NCBI GenBank assembly: GCA_038998335.1
Contig: JAVZHQ010000001.1
Span: forward strand, 608,001-672,000
Direction of reading: 5' to 3'
Length of the DNA: 64,000 nucleotides
Origin: Candidatus Aenigmatarchaeota archaeon
GTDB taxonomy: Archaea > Aenigmatarchaeota > Aenigmatarchaeia > CG10238-14 > SCSR01
Position 1 is the stretch's first letter. Every line of letters starts with the position of its first letter. The notes under the pieces were generated by a model. It was not told the DNA's origin, did not search any database, and worked only from the letters and a program-made list of their open reading frames with translations. Position numbers and translations under genes: made by a program. Shown here in pieces: positions 8,563 to 18,974 of this stretch.

Positions 8563-11500
8563 ATGGAAAAAAGGATTTTTTACGCTCTTCTATTAGCTTT
8601 ACCCTTAATTTTTTCTATCCTTTATTTTTCTGGTTTTCTTAAATTGACAGGCTTTTTTGTTGGTTTTGGCCAGCCTGCAAGTGAATTCAAATGGTGGAAC
8701 ATTTCCTGGCATTATAGGGTAAGACTAGAAGTTAACACTTCTTCTTTTGAAAGAAAAAACTGGCCGGTAGAGTATAAAATAAACTTTACTGACTTGCTTC
8801 CCTATGGAAGTTTTGACGAGAACTCCACAAGAGTAATCGAATACAGCCAGGAAGGAGAGCTTTTAGGCGAGGTTCCAAGCCAGTTTGAAAAAGATGATGA
8901 TTTTAACTCAGAAAATAACGCTTTAGGTACTTTAGTCTTTTTCTTGAACGGTAGCAATCCAGCAAACACAAAAAGAATATTCTTTGTCTATTATGATATT
9001 TTGGAAAACGGACCAAAAGAAAAAAGAGAATACCCTTCAAGCATAAGCTATTTTTGGGATGGTGAAGAGCTTAACGTTAACGCTTCTGGTCTTTCCTACT
9101 GGATAGACACTTTAAGAGGAGAAAACACTTCTGGTTTATATAGAGTAAGGGGAATCGCTTCTCAGCAGGATATTTGGTCTATTCCAGACGAAACAAAAAG
9201 AACAATAGAGTATTCTCAATACTCAAATGGGAGCAATAACCTTAGCTTTGATTTCAAACACAACATGAGCCTAAAATTTTCAGGTCCAGTTAGGCTAGTT
9301 TTTGAGCAGAAAGGTTATGAAACCCTTTGGAATTCTGAAGAAAGAACAAACGAGGGTTTTATGATAAAAAGGTATTACTTTTACGATTTTGGTCTAGATG
9401 AAGAAAAATGGATAAAGATTGAAACTATTTTCAAAAATTTAGCATCTTACGAAATAGAAAGAAACTCAACTTTTGCAGGAGCCTTAGGCTTAGATGCATC
9501 AAGGGCTTTTGGCTCAAGCTGGCAGTCTGCTTTTGGGAATACAAGCTATCCTGGATGGTGGTATGCTTCTGATTTTTATAGTAGCTTCCACACAGGAATA
9601 ATTCATTTTAACAGAAGCGTAGAGAATTTCTTTATTCAAAACAGTAGTTCAAAGGATAGAATTGGAATAGAGCTTAATTTAACTTCCATTCCTCCAGGAA
9701 GCTCTATTTCAACAATAGCAATTCTTCACTTTAACGATACTTCAGGAGACTATACTCAAGTTAGAGAATTGAGAAACAAAATAGAAAATCCAGAGATAAT
9801 TATCCAATTCCTTCCAGAAGCTTGGTATGTTGAAATTATTCCTTCAACCAACTTTTCAATCTACAACAGGAATGAAAGCATTTTAATAAAAGCAAACATT
9901 TCTTTAGGCGACCCTTACAACTTAACAAAATTTATTAACGCTACTCTTGACATGGGAACTTCTTCTGAAGCTGACGACCAAACTATAATTTTATACGATG
10001 ATGGAAGCCATGAAGATGAAGTAGCTAACGATAAAGTTTTTACTAACTCTTTTGTTTTACCAAACAACGCACAAGTAGGAATATGGACGATTAACTTTAC
10101 TGCTTACTCAGAAGATCTTAAGTTCCTCAACTCAACTCTTTTAAGCTTTAACGTTACTGATGTTTTAAACGTAAGTGTAGTAGTCTTGAACAAAAAACCT
10201 ATGGTAAATTCTTTGGTAGTAGCAAACGTTTACGTGAAAAATTACAGACAAGATTCTTGGATTGCGGGAGCAGAAATAAACTGCACCTATGACTCTTCTG
10301 AAGTTTTAAACAAAACAGATTACAATAACGGAACTTATTCAGTTAACTTTACTGCTCCTTCAGAAGAAGGAGTTTATTATTTATTTTGCAACGCAACAAA
10401 AAACGGAAACTTTGGTAATAATTCAGATAGCTTTACAACAGAACCAGGAAAAACAAACTTGACAATAACAGCTGAACCTTCAAACCCAATTGTTTATAAC
10501 ATAACTTTATACCGAAACCAAAGCTTTGCTATTCTCGCAAACGCAACAAACTACGGAAATGGAACTGCTTATTCTACAAACATAAGCTTAGAGCTTCTTA
10601 ATGGCTGGACTGCAAACTCAACTCTTGAAGAATGCGGAGATATAGAAAAGCAAACTTTTTGTTTAAAATCTTTTAACATTACTGTTCCTAATGCTACGCC
10701 TCCTGGAGATTATTATATAAACGTTAGCGTTGCATGGAGAAACCCTGACACTACAATTTCTATCAACAAAACTGAAGTAAAGGTTACTGTTGCTTCAAAT
10801 CCTTTGATTAATATTAGCGAAGAAAAAGTTTCTGGTGAAGCAGGAGATGGAATTTGGAACTTGATTGGCAACTTTACTATTCTTTCAATAGGAAATGATA
10901 AACTAGAAAACATAAGTTTTAGTTGTTATTTTGGTAGAGTGTGTAGTGATTTTGAAGTTGAGTTTATTCCAAGTAATGTTTCTGTTATTCCTGCTGGTTC
11001 TAATTATAGTGTAGCTATTAATGTTTCAGTACCCCTAGGATATCCTAATGGAACCTATACTGGAATTGTAAATGTTTCTTCTGAGAATGATGGGTTTGAT
11101 AGTTTTGAAATAGAAATAAATATTCCGCCTAAAACTACTGTTAACGTTTCAACAAGCATAGCAAACTACACAGCAAAAAATATAACTCAAAAAGATAATG
11201 AAACGTTTTCTTTTGAAACTAGTGCAACAAACATAGGAAAAACAAGCGCAAGAAGCTTAAACTTAAGCTTGGAACTGCCAACAAGCTGGAAAGCAAACTT
11301 AACTTTTGAAAGCTGCAACAATTTAACAAAAGACGAATCCTGCTTAAAATCTTTTAGCATTACTGTTCCTAATGCTACGCCTCCTGGAGATTATTATATA
11401 AACGTTACTGCAAACTGGACTAACTTGGACAATTCTATAGGAACAAACAAAACATCGTTAAGAGTTACTGTTGCTTCCCATCCTTTGATTAATGTAAGTG

Positions 11501-14427
11501 AAGAAATAATTTATGGAATTGTGCCAGACGCTACTGAGCAAACCGTTGGTAACTTTACTATCCTTTCGATAGGAAATGATAAGTTGGAAAATGTAAGTTT
11601 TAGTTGTTATTCTGGAATAGTATGCAGTGATTTTTTTGTTGAGTTCATTCCAAGCAATGTTTCTAGTATTCCAGCTGGTTCTAATTATAGTGTGGCTATA
11701 AATGTTTCTGTACCTTTAGGATATGCTACTGGAACTTATACTGGAATTGTAAATGCTTCTTCTGGAAATGATGGGTTCGATAGTTTTGAAGTAGAAATTT
11801 TCGTTCCGATAAACAGAACTTGGACTATATTCCCAGAGTATTGTCAAAGAGCAGAAACTCCTGAGTATGGAGTAGCTTGCGAAGTAAACGTTTCGAACCT
11901 TGGAAACACTTACATAAACTTTAGTGTTTATCCTGAAGAAGGAAATTACACAAAAGTAAATGAAACTTATTTCTCTATAGAAAGACAAAGCTGGCATGTT
12001 TTCTCTATAACTTATAATGTTACTGGAGTTCCCATGGGAATTTACAACTCTACTTTTATAATAGACGCTATAGAAGAAGCAAACCCTGATAATAAAACTT
12101 TAACTGTTACGCTACTTCCTTACGTTGAGCCAATAATAAACATAAGCATAATTCCAAACACTACTGAGCAATTCTCTCCCATAGAAATTTTTGCAAACAT
12201 TACTGATAAATCAAACACAGGAATTGCCTGGGCAAGAGTTAACATTACTCAGCCTAATGCTACTCTACAAACTTTTGAAATGGAAAAAATTTATGAAAGC
12301 GGAAACCTTTCAACTTGGTATTTAAAGTATGAGGCTGAAAATACGAGCTTGCAAGGAAGGTATAATATTACTGTTTTTGCAAGGGATAATGTTGGCAATA
12401 CAGGAGAGAAAAACTCTTCTTTCATAATATTTGCAAAGTTAAGCATTTCAGTTTCAACGCTTTCAGAAAAGTATTACCAAGGTGATACTGGTTCAATATA
12501 TTATTCTGTGAGAGATGCTAGCAATCAACCTTTAGCAAAAGTTAACGTAACTTTCAGGATAGAAGATTCAAACAAAAATCTAACGTTTAAAGCAAGCTAT
12601 TTAACTAACGAAGACGGAATGATTTATCCTTTGCCAAGCTTTACTCTTCCTTCTGATTCTCCTTTAGGAGTTTATACTCTAATTTCAGACTCAGAATATG
12701 TTGATGAAGAATCAGGAACTGTTTCCAGAGTTCAAAGGAATAGTAGCTTCCAAGTTCTTTCAAGAACAGTCACTGTTACTGGTTTGTTTGCTGATGTAGA
12801 AACTGCTGTTGTTTGGTATCCTGAAAACATAATGAAGTTCGGGATTCTTGTTTATAATGGCGAAGGCAAACCTGTTGACCCTACTTCGATGAATTTAACA
12901 GTTTATGATCCTGCAGGCAACTTATACTTTTCTTCTTCTCTTTCACAAATGTCTAGACAAGCTACAGGCTTTTACACTTACAGCTATGCCATGCCTGCTA
13001 ATACTCCTAGCGGAATGTACTTAGCAGTCTTGAACGCAACTCAAAACGAGTTTCAAACAATGAAGCTTAAGGCTTTTAGAGTAGCAAGAGGTGGACCTTA
13101 TGACTTGTGGCTAGAGCTTTTTGAACATGAAGTGATGCAAGGCGATTACTTAGATTTTGCAGTAACTATTGAAAATAAAGGCGAAGTTTCACAAGATGTT
13201 TATCTTGAATGGTGGGTTTCTTCTGAGAATAAAACTTACTATTCAAGCTCTGGTTGGGTTTATACCCCTGCTCATTCAAACCAAACAGTAACTCAGCAAG
13301 CTTATATTTTCACTTCACAGCCAGTTGGAACTTACGAGCTAAACGTAAAGATGACTTACGATACTGTTCAACCTCCTTTAATAGTAAGCGAAACTTTTAT
13401 CGTTACAGTTAAAGAGCTAATCCTGCCAAACATAACTTATCCTAACATAACTTATCCTATATACATTCCATCTTATCCTGTAGTAACTCCTGCTCCTGTA
13501 GCAATACCAACACCCACAGCAGTTTTGCCCGCAAGTATTTCTATAATAAACTATAATAGCAACATAAGCCTAGTAAGGGGAACTAAAAAGACTGAAAGCG
13601 TTACTGTAAAAAACACAGGAATAGCTGATTTAGCAAACGTAACTGTTTTTCTTGTAGGAATTCCAACAACTTGGTTTACTGTTGTCCCAGACTTTGTTAG
13701 TGTTTTACCACCAGAAAACTCTTCAGTATTCTTAATCAACTTTGACGTTCCGAAAAATGCTTTGCCAGGAGAGTACAGAGTAATATTAACTGCAGTTTCT
13801 GGAGTGGTAAGCGATCAAAAAACAATAACCATAACAGTTTACGAATCCTTAGAAGAGCTGCTTAAGGCTGAGATAGAAAAGCTGAAGGAAGATGTAAAAG
13901 CTCTAGAAAGAGAAATAAGTATAGCAGAAAAAGAAGGAAAAAATGTTAGTAGCGTTTTGGTTTATCTTGAAGAAATAAAAACACAAATAGATCAAGCAGA
14001 AATAAACCTTGCGAACAACAGAACAGAAGAAGCAATTGAAAATATAGCAACAGCAAAAGGTTTGATAGAAAAAGCTAGAGAAATACTCCTTAGGTTAAAA
14101 CCTCCTGTTGTTGAAGTTTTTGTCTTGCCTTACTGGCTCATCTTGCTAATAGCTGTAATAATAGCTTGCCTAATAATAGCGATAATCTTGATAAGAAAGA
14201 AAGGGATGCCGAGCATAAGGATTAAACCTGCTTTGCCTGCCTTGCCCAAAAAAGTTGAAAAAGTTGAGGCTAAGGAAGAACTTGTAAGAGAAAAAGAAAA
14301 GCTCTTGAGAACTCTAGAAATTCTTGAAAAGGAAAGAAAAGAAGGGATAATAAGCCTTGCTTCCTATACTGAAATGAAAAAGAGTATAGAGGAAAGACTA
14401 CAAAAAATAGAGAAAAAGCTCAAGTAG
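8563..14427 (+). CDS. Very large (1954 aa) cell-surface glycoprotein with Ig-like repeats, a C-terminal coiled coil, a TM helix and a cytoplasmic tail
   Basis: N-terminal signal/TM; WWNISWHYR motif; choice-of-anchor-X-like LYDDGSHEDEVANDKVFT; many N-x-S/T sequons; internal duplication; C-terminal TM. Confidence 0.8.
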   Translation: MEKRIFYALLLALPLIFSILYFSGFLKLTGFFVGFGQPASEFKWWNISWHYRVRLEVNTSSFERKNWPVEYKINFTDLLPYGSFDENSTRVIEYSQEGELLGEVPSQFEKDDDFNSENNALGTLVFFLNGSNPANTKRIFFVYYDILENGPKEKREYPSSISYFWDGEELNVNASGLSYWIDTLRGENTSGLYRVRGIASQQDIWSIPDETKRTIEYSQYSNGSNNLSFDFKHNMSLKFSGPVRLVFEQKGYETLWNSEERTNEGFMIKRYYFYDFGLDEEKWIKIETIFKNLASYEIERNSTFAGALGLDASRAFGSSWQSAFGNTSYPGWWYASDFYSSFHTGIIHFNRSVENFFIQNSSSKDRIGIELNLTSIPPGSSISTIAILHFNDTSGDYTQVRELRNKIENPEIIIQFLPEAWYVEIIPSTNFSIYNRNESILIKANISLGDPYNLTKFINATLDMGTSSEADDQTIILYDDGSHEDEVANDKVFTNSFVLPNNAQVGIWTINFTAYSEDLKFLNSTLLSFNVTDVLNVSVVVLNKKPMVNSLVVANVYVKNYRQDSWIAGAEINCTYDSSEVLNKTDYNNGTYSVNFTAPSEEGVYYLFCNATKNGNFGNNSDSFTTEPGKTNLTITAEPSNPIVYNITLYRNQSFAILANATNYGNGTAYSTNISLELLNGWTANSTLEECGDIEKQTFCLKSFNITVPNATPPGDYYINVSVAWRNPDTTISINKTEVKVTVASNPLINISEEKVSGEAGDGIWNLIGNFTILSIGNDKLENISFSCYFGRVCSDFEVEFIPSNVSVIPAGSNYSVAINVSVPLGYPNGTYTGIVNVSSENDGFDSFEIEINIPPKTTVNVSTSIANYTAKNITQKDNETFSFETSATNIGKTSARSLNLSLELPTSWKANLTFESCNNLTKDESCLKSFSITVPNATPPGDYYINVTANWTNLDNSIGTNKTSLRVTVASHPLINVSEEIIYGIVPDATEQTVGNFTILSIGNDKLENVSFSCYSGIVCSDFFVEFIPSNVSSIPAGSNYSVAINVSVPLGYATGTYTGIVNASSGNDGFDSFEVEIFVPINRTWTIFPEYCQRAETPEYGVACEVNVSNLGNTYINFSVYPEEGNYTKVNETYFSIERQSWHVFSITYNVTGVPMGIYNSTFIIDAIEEANPDNKTLTVTLLPYVEPIINISIIPNTTEQFSPIEIFANITDKSNTGIAWARVNITQPNATLQTFEMEKIYESGNLSTWYLKYEAENTSLQGRYNITVFARDNVGNTGEKNSSFIIFAKLSISVSTLSEKYYQGDTGSIYYSVRDASNQPLAKVNVTFRIEDSNKNLTFKASYLTNEDGMIYPLPSFTLPSDSPLGVYTLISDSEYVDEESGTVSRVQRNSSFQVLSRTVTVTGLFADVETAVVWYPENIMKFGILVYNGEGKPVDPTSMNLTVYDPAGNLYFSSSLSQMSRQATGFYTYSYAMPANTPSGMYLAVLNATQNEFQTMKLKAFRVARGGPYDLWLELFEHEVMQGDYLDFAVTIENKGEVSQDVYLEWWVSSENKTYYSSSGWVYTPAHSNQTVTQQAYIFTSQPVGTYELNVKMTYDTVQPPLIVSETFIVTVKELILPNITYPNITYPIYIPSYPVVTPAPVAIPTPTAVLPASISIINYNSNISLVRGTKKTESVTVKNTGIADLANVTVFLVGIPTTWFTVVPDFVSVLPPENSSVFLINFDVPKNALPGEYRVILTAVSGVVSDQKTITITVYESLEELLKAEIEKLKEDVKALEREISIAEKEGKNVSSVLVYLEEIKTQIDQAEINLANNRTEEAIENIATAKGLIEKAREILLRLKPPVVEVFVLPYWLILLIAVIIACLIIAIILIRKKGMPSIRIKPALPALPKKVEKVEAKEELVREKEKLLRTLEILEKERKEGIISLASYTEMKKSIEERLQKIEKKLK
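10447..11810 (+). repeat. Tandem internal duplication (~681 bp, 227 aa unit) in the large surface protein
   Basis: 50 bp identical at 10677-10726 and 11358-11407; paired motifs ITVPNATPPGDYYINV and GNFTILSIGNDKLEN; unit boundaries approximate. Confidence 0.85.
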
Positions 14428-16714
14428 GTTCCTTTTCAACTCTTTCTATCAAATCATTAAAAGCTTGAATAGGGCTTTCTTTTCTCCTTCTTATTTCCAT
14501 CTTTATGTCCGAAAGCAAGTTTTTAATCCTTTCTCTTTCTTTAACTCTTTTCTTTGTTTTTTTAAGTACAAAAGCAAGAGAAACACAAAAAACAGCAAAA
14601 ATCGAAAGGTAGATTAAATCAGATTTTGTTAAAGGTAGCTCAGGTAAGCTGAAAGCAGCAGAAGGCATGCTTATGCTTTGAGTTGCATTTTCGCTTACGA
14701 TCGTTAAACCAAAAACTTCTTCCTTAGAAAAATCTTCTGAAAAGATTTTGAAAGTTAGGCTTAAAGTTTCTTCTTTTGCATCGCTTGGAATAGTAAAAAT
14801 AACTGGTAAGTCAAGCTTTTCTCCTACTTCAATTTTATCTACTCTTTCCTGAACCTTAAAGTAGCTTTCTGGTAAACCTGTTATGCTTATAGATAAGTTT
14901 AGAATTTGTGTTTGACCTGTGTTTATTAAAGAGAAAATTATTGTTCTGTTTTCTCCTTTTAAAATTCTTATAGTGTCTGGAACTACCAAAGAAACTTCTC
15001 TTTTTTTAACAACTTGGAAAGCTAAGGATTTGTTTGAGCTTATGTAGGAACCTTTCTCAGCACTTATTAGAACTTTATAAGTTCCTTCACTTTCTGGAGC
15101 AAAAAACTCAAAGTAAAATATTCCAGAAGAATCAGAATAAGTTGAAACGTTAAGCCCAAAATCTGAGCTAGCTTTTATTAAAGCGTTTGGAACTAAGCTA
15201 TTAGTTTCATCTTTAACCAAACCCCTAACCTTAACGATTTCTTTTAGTGTGTAAGAGCTTTTTTCAAAGGAAAAGTCTAAAACTAAGGATTTTCTTGTTC
15301 CTATCGCATAAGCTGATAAGCTTTTTGTTTCTATCGTAACTAAATTACTCACTGCATCTATAGTTGCAACTTCTTTTTTCCATTCTGAGTTGCAAAACTT
15401 GTTCGAAGGGTTAAAATCACTACACTTATAAACAACTAAATCTTTCTCGTTAGAAACTTTTCTTTCGTCATATCTCATTGAAATTTTAGCACTTGAATAA
15501 GGAAGCTTAAACTCAAAGACAAAAAGTCCTGCAACTCTTATTCCCTCAACATCACTATCAAAGAAATAATACTTTATAGGATCTTCAAAACTGCTGATAG
15601 TTACGTTATAAAGATAAAGAGTTGCCTGAGGAAAGCTTATTTGCAAATTATAATTCCCAGGAACTAAAAAACCAGAATAAGAGCCTGAAGAATCGGTAAC
15701 AAACTTTCTTTCTTGTCCATCTTTAAAAAACTTTATTTCAGTAGAGATTCCTTGATTGTTAAGGTCAGCAATTTTTCCAGAAGCTTGGAAAACATAAGCT
15801 ATTGTTTTTTTCTGTGCTACAGAATAATTTTTATAGTTCATAGTAACTAATAAATCATACTCTCCCGGACTTAGCTCAGGAGCTTGAAATTCTAGTTTAA
15901 AAGCACTTCCTGAAGAGTATAAGTTTATCTTATCTTTTTCTATTTCTTCTGAACCTACTTTAATCGATAAATAATCTTTCGTTAATAAAACTGGCTCACC
16001 TCTTTCTAAAGCAGAAATTGTTAGGCTGATCGTATCTCCTGCTTTAACTTCTTTCTTATCTAAGGATAAACTTAGCTCTAAGGGTTGTTTAACTTCAAAA
16101 GTTTTTCCAAGCTTTATTTGTTTGATTTCATAGCCTTGAACAGAAACATTAGCTAAAACTTCAAGGTTGTAGGTTCCTAAAGCTTTAGGAACCTCTAAAA
16201 GCAAGGTGTAGAAAGGAGAAGAATAGTACCAACCTTTCAAGTTTATTGGCTTGGTAGAAAAGCTAACTTGATTCTCGCTTAAAGGCGAACCATCTTTTTT
16301 AACCGAAAGAACAAGGGTTGCTATTTCATCTCCCAAATAACCCTGGCTTAAAGACTCTATTTTTGCCTCAAGATTAGAGACATAAAAATTGTAAAGGCTT
16401 GAGAATTCTCCAGAAGAATTTTTGCAAGTTAGGTTAAGAGTGTAGAGAGAGGGTTTCGGAGCTATTTCAAAAAAATAACTTGGAATTTCTGCTTTGAAAA
16501 GATTTTCCTTTGTGAAAGTAAAATCCATTTTTACAGGTTCTTCTATTCTTCCTGAAACCTGCGAAGCATCACTACAGTTAACTAAAATTTCAATTTTTTC
16601 ACATTCGTTATATAAACAAAAAACATTCTCTGGATTGAGCTTTACTTCAAAGGCATAAGCTTTGCTTAGAATAAAGAAGAAAGCTAAAGCTGAAATTAGG
16701 AAGAGCTTTTTCAT
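14420..16714 (-). CDS. Secreted multi-Ig-domain protein with a C-terminal TM anchor
   Basis: Signal peptide MKKLFLISALAFFFILSKAYA; beta-rich domains; TKSLSAYAIG (PGF-pre-PGF-like) motif; C-terminal TM. Confidence 0.7.
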   Translation of the reverse strand: MKKLFLISALAFFFILSKAYAFEVKLNPENVFCLYNECEKIEILVNCSDASQVSGRIEEPVKMDFTFTKENLFKAEIPSYFFEIAPKPSLYTLNLTCKNSSGEFSSLYNFYVSNLEAKIESLSQGYLGDEIATLVLSVKKDGSPLSENQVSFSTKPINLKGWYYSSPFYTLLLEVPKALGTYNLEVLANVSVQGYEIKQIKLGKTFEVKQPLELSLSLDKKEVKAGDTISLTISALERGEPVLLTKDYLSIKVGSEEIEKDKINLYSSGSAFKLEFQAPELSPGEYDLLVTMNYKNYSVAQKKTIAYVFQASGKIADLNNQGISTEIKFFKDGQERKFVTDSSGSYSGFLVPGNYNLQISFPQATLYLYNVTISSFEDPIKYYFFDSDVEGIRVAGLFVFEFKLPYSSAKISMRYDERKVSNEKDLVVYKCSDFNPSNKFCNSEWKKEVATIDAVSNLVTIETKSLSAYAIGTRKSLVLDFSFEKSSYTLKEIVKVRGLVKDETNSLVPNALIKASSDFGLNVSTYSDSSGIFYFEFFAPESEGTYKVLISAEKGSYISSNKSLAFQVVKKREVSLVVPDTIRILKGENRTIIFSLINTGQTQILNLSISITGLPESYFKVQERVDKIEVGEKLDLPVIFTIPSDAKEETLSLTFKIFSEDFSKEEVFGLTIVSENATQSISMPSAAFSLPELPLTKSDLIYLSIFAVFCVSLAFVLKKTKKRVKERERIKNLLSDIKMEIRRRKESPIQAFNDLIERVEKEPT

Positions 16715-17658
16715 CTTCTTAACCCCCAAAAAATGCTTTTAACTCTTTCTGAAAACGAGGAAGAATACCTAAAACCTAGAAGCTTTGCAGCTATTTTCTT
16801 GAATTCTAGTGAAGATTTAGAGTAAGGGTTAAGGAAAAAAGCTGGAAACTGCTTGTGAATGCTTTTCCTTATCGTTTTATCCTCTGGTACAACTCCAAGA
16901 ACAGGCAATTCACAAGCGCTTTCGATTTCCTTATAGTTTAGCTGCTCCTTCTCTTTTCTATACCGATTGACTATTATTCCTAAAGGTTTAGCACCAACTT
17001 CCTTACAAATCTCTATTGTTTTTATGGCATCTATAACAGAAGGAAGCTCGGGCAAAGTTACTACTATCACTTCCTTACAAGCTTTTATTACTTCAACGCT
17101 ATTCGAATCCAAACCAGGAGGAGAATCCACTAATACAATAGAATTTTCAAAAAAGTTTGAGCTCAAGACTTTTGAAAGATTGGAAATTTTTGTCTCTTCA
17201 AGGGAAAGAGAGGCAGGAATTATTCTTAAACCTGAAGGATGGATGTAAACTGCGCTGAGTATATCTGCATTATCGTTTAAAACATCGTTAAGCGTTGTAG
17301 AGAAATAGTACATGCCAAGTTGCAAACCTAAGCCAGACATTTTTACGTCAGAGTCCAAAGCTATAACATCTTTTCCAAAACTCATTAGGGCGCAAGCCAA
17401 GTTTATTGTAACTACAGTTTTGCCTACTCCTCCTTTTCCAGAAATTATCCCTATTGCTTTTGAGCTTTTTTCTTGCTTTAGAGTGTAAACGTTTGATTTC
17501 CCAACAACAAAAAGGTTGAGCTTACCTTGCTGCCTTAAGCTTTCTAGGTAGCCTGAAGCTTTGTCTTTGCTTATTCCTAGAGAATTTGCTACTTGCGTTA
17601 CTGACATCAAACTTGAACTTAATAAAGATAGAATTCTTCTTTCGATATTCTCTTCCAC
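16711..17658 (-). CDS. MinD-family ATPase with an N-terminal winged-HTH domain
   Basis: Deviant Walker A SGKGGVGKT; VDSPPG; LGIIVNR; the N-terminal ~60 aa look like a wHTH (SVTQVANSLGISKDKASGYLESL). Confidence 0.85.
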   Translation of the reverse strand: MEENIERRILSLLSSSLMSVTQVANSLGISKDKASGYLESLRQQGKLNLFVVGKSNVYTLKQEKSSKAIGIISGKGGVGKTVVTINLACALMSFGKDVIALDSDVKMSGLGLQLGMYYFSTTLNDVLNDNADILSAVYIHPSGLRIIPASLSLEETKISNLSKVLSSNFFENSIVLVDSPPGLDSNSVEVIKACKEVIVVTLPELPSVIDAIKTIEICKEVGAKPLGIIVNRYRKEKEQLNYKEIESACELPVLGVVPEDKTIRKSIHKQFPAFFLNPYSKSSLEFKKIAAKLLGFRYSSSFSERVKSIFWGLRR

Positions 17659-17732
17659 AATTATAATTTGTTTTTTTGCAATATTATTTCTTTCACATGT
17701 CAGCCATATAGCAAGAAAAAATCTTCATATAG

Positions 17733-18470
17733 CTAAAGGTTAAGGACAACGCTAAGCTTGTCTGTTAAGAGGTGAAGATACTTAAGCAAACCTTCCTCCT
17801 TTTCTAAATAAAATGAGTTTGAGTAATAGTAGTTTCCATCCTCGCTAACTATTTCCAATTTAATCTCATGTGGGAACCAAACTTGGTAGCTAAAGGGAAT
17901 AACAACTTCTGTGTTCTTGTTTTCCTTGATTTCAAGCTTCTTTTGCTCAAAAACCCATCCTGGTAAGAAGTTGCTAGGAATAACGAAAACTTTTAGCGAT
18001 TTGTTAGCTTTAACTTCAAACCTTATGTAATTATCGTAAACCCTGAAGTTCTTTACTTGAAAAATGTTTTCAGGTTTTTTCTGGTTTTCCAAGGTTATGT
18101 TTAAATATTTTTCAAGCATTTCGTTCGCGTAGTAGACCCTTAACCTTAAAGTTAGATTTTCTGTTTTTGGAGAATAGTAAAATAGTTCAAAATTTTTCGC
18201 TTCACCTGGCATTAAGGTTTCCTCTTTGCTCCAGCCAGTAAAAAGAATTTCACTAGAGTTTAAAACGTCAAGCCTGGCTCTTGCTTTGTAGGCAACGCTT
18301 CCTGTGTTAAAAAATTCTAGGTTGAGCTTTAAAATTCCGTCCTTAGCTTCAGAAAAAATTGCGGTAAAATTTCCTTTGAGTTCAGGCTTAATCCCAACTT
18401 TTAAAATAGATGCTGAGCTTAGGAAGAAAAATAAAAGAAAAACGACTAAGAGTAAAATAAGCGATTTCAT
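17733..18470 (-). CDS. Secreted Ig-like protein of the surface cluster
   Basis: Signal peptide; F.NTGSV motif shared with 18964..19911 and 20967..22226. Confidence 0.6.
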   Translation of the reverse strand: MKSLILLLVVFLLFFFLSSASILKVGIKPELKGNFTAIFSEAKDGILKLNLEFFNTGSVAYKARARLDVLNSSEILFTGWSKEETLMPGEAKNFELFYYSPKTENLTLRLRVYYANEMLEKYLNITLENQKKPENIFQVKNFRVYDNYIRFEVKANKSLKVFVIPSNFLPGWVFEQKKLEIKENKNTEVVIPFSYQVWFPHEIKLEIVSEDGNYYYSNSFYLEKEEGLLKYLHLLTDKLSVVLNL

Positions 18471-18473
18471 TTT

Positions 18474-18974
18474 TCACACCAAGCTTTCAAGAAAACTTAA
18501 GTTTGGCTTCCTAACTATAACATCTATCTGCCCTGAATAATTCCCTATTCTTGAAACTTTTGAAGTGTTAAGAAAAACTACTATCGTTTCAGACTGGTTT
18601 GAGTAGAGAATAAAATTGTCTTTGCTAAAGCTAACAAAAGGTTTGATCTCGCCGTAAACTTTAAAATAAACTCTTACTCTACTTTTTTCAAAGTTTGAGA
18701 TAACAACTTGCCTTCTTCCGTAACCTGATAAAGGAATTATCCCAAAGTTAAGGTTCCATGGATCTGCAACTAAACCTACTGTTATGTTTTTTTCCTCAAA
18801 AGGAATTATCTCTACTCTTAAAGGATAGCTTGTTACTTCAAAAGTGAAGAAAAAGTTTGAAGATTTTTGAAAGCTCATGTTTTCTACTAAGCTTTTTGGT
18901 TCAGAGTACCCTGGAAATAAAGCCATAAGCACTGCTAGAAAAATTAAAAACAAGATAAAAATTTTACTCTTCAT
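18474..18974 (-). CDS. Membrane-anchored/secreted Ig-like protein
   Basis: N-terminal hydrophobic helix; LNFGII and GNYSGQI motifs; translationally coupled to the upstream gene. Confidence 0.6.
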   Translation of the reverse strand: MKSKIFILFLIFLAVLMALFPGYSEPKSLVENMSFQKSSNFFFTFEVTSYPLRVEIIPFEEKNITVGLVADPWNLNFGIIPLSGYGRRQVVISNFEKSRVRVYFKVYGEIKPFVSFSKDNFILYSNQSETIVVFLNTSKVSRIGNYSGQIDVIVRKPNLSFLESLV

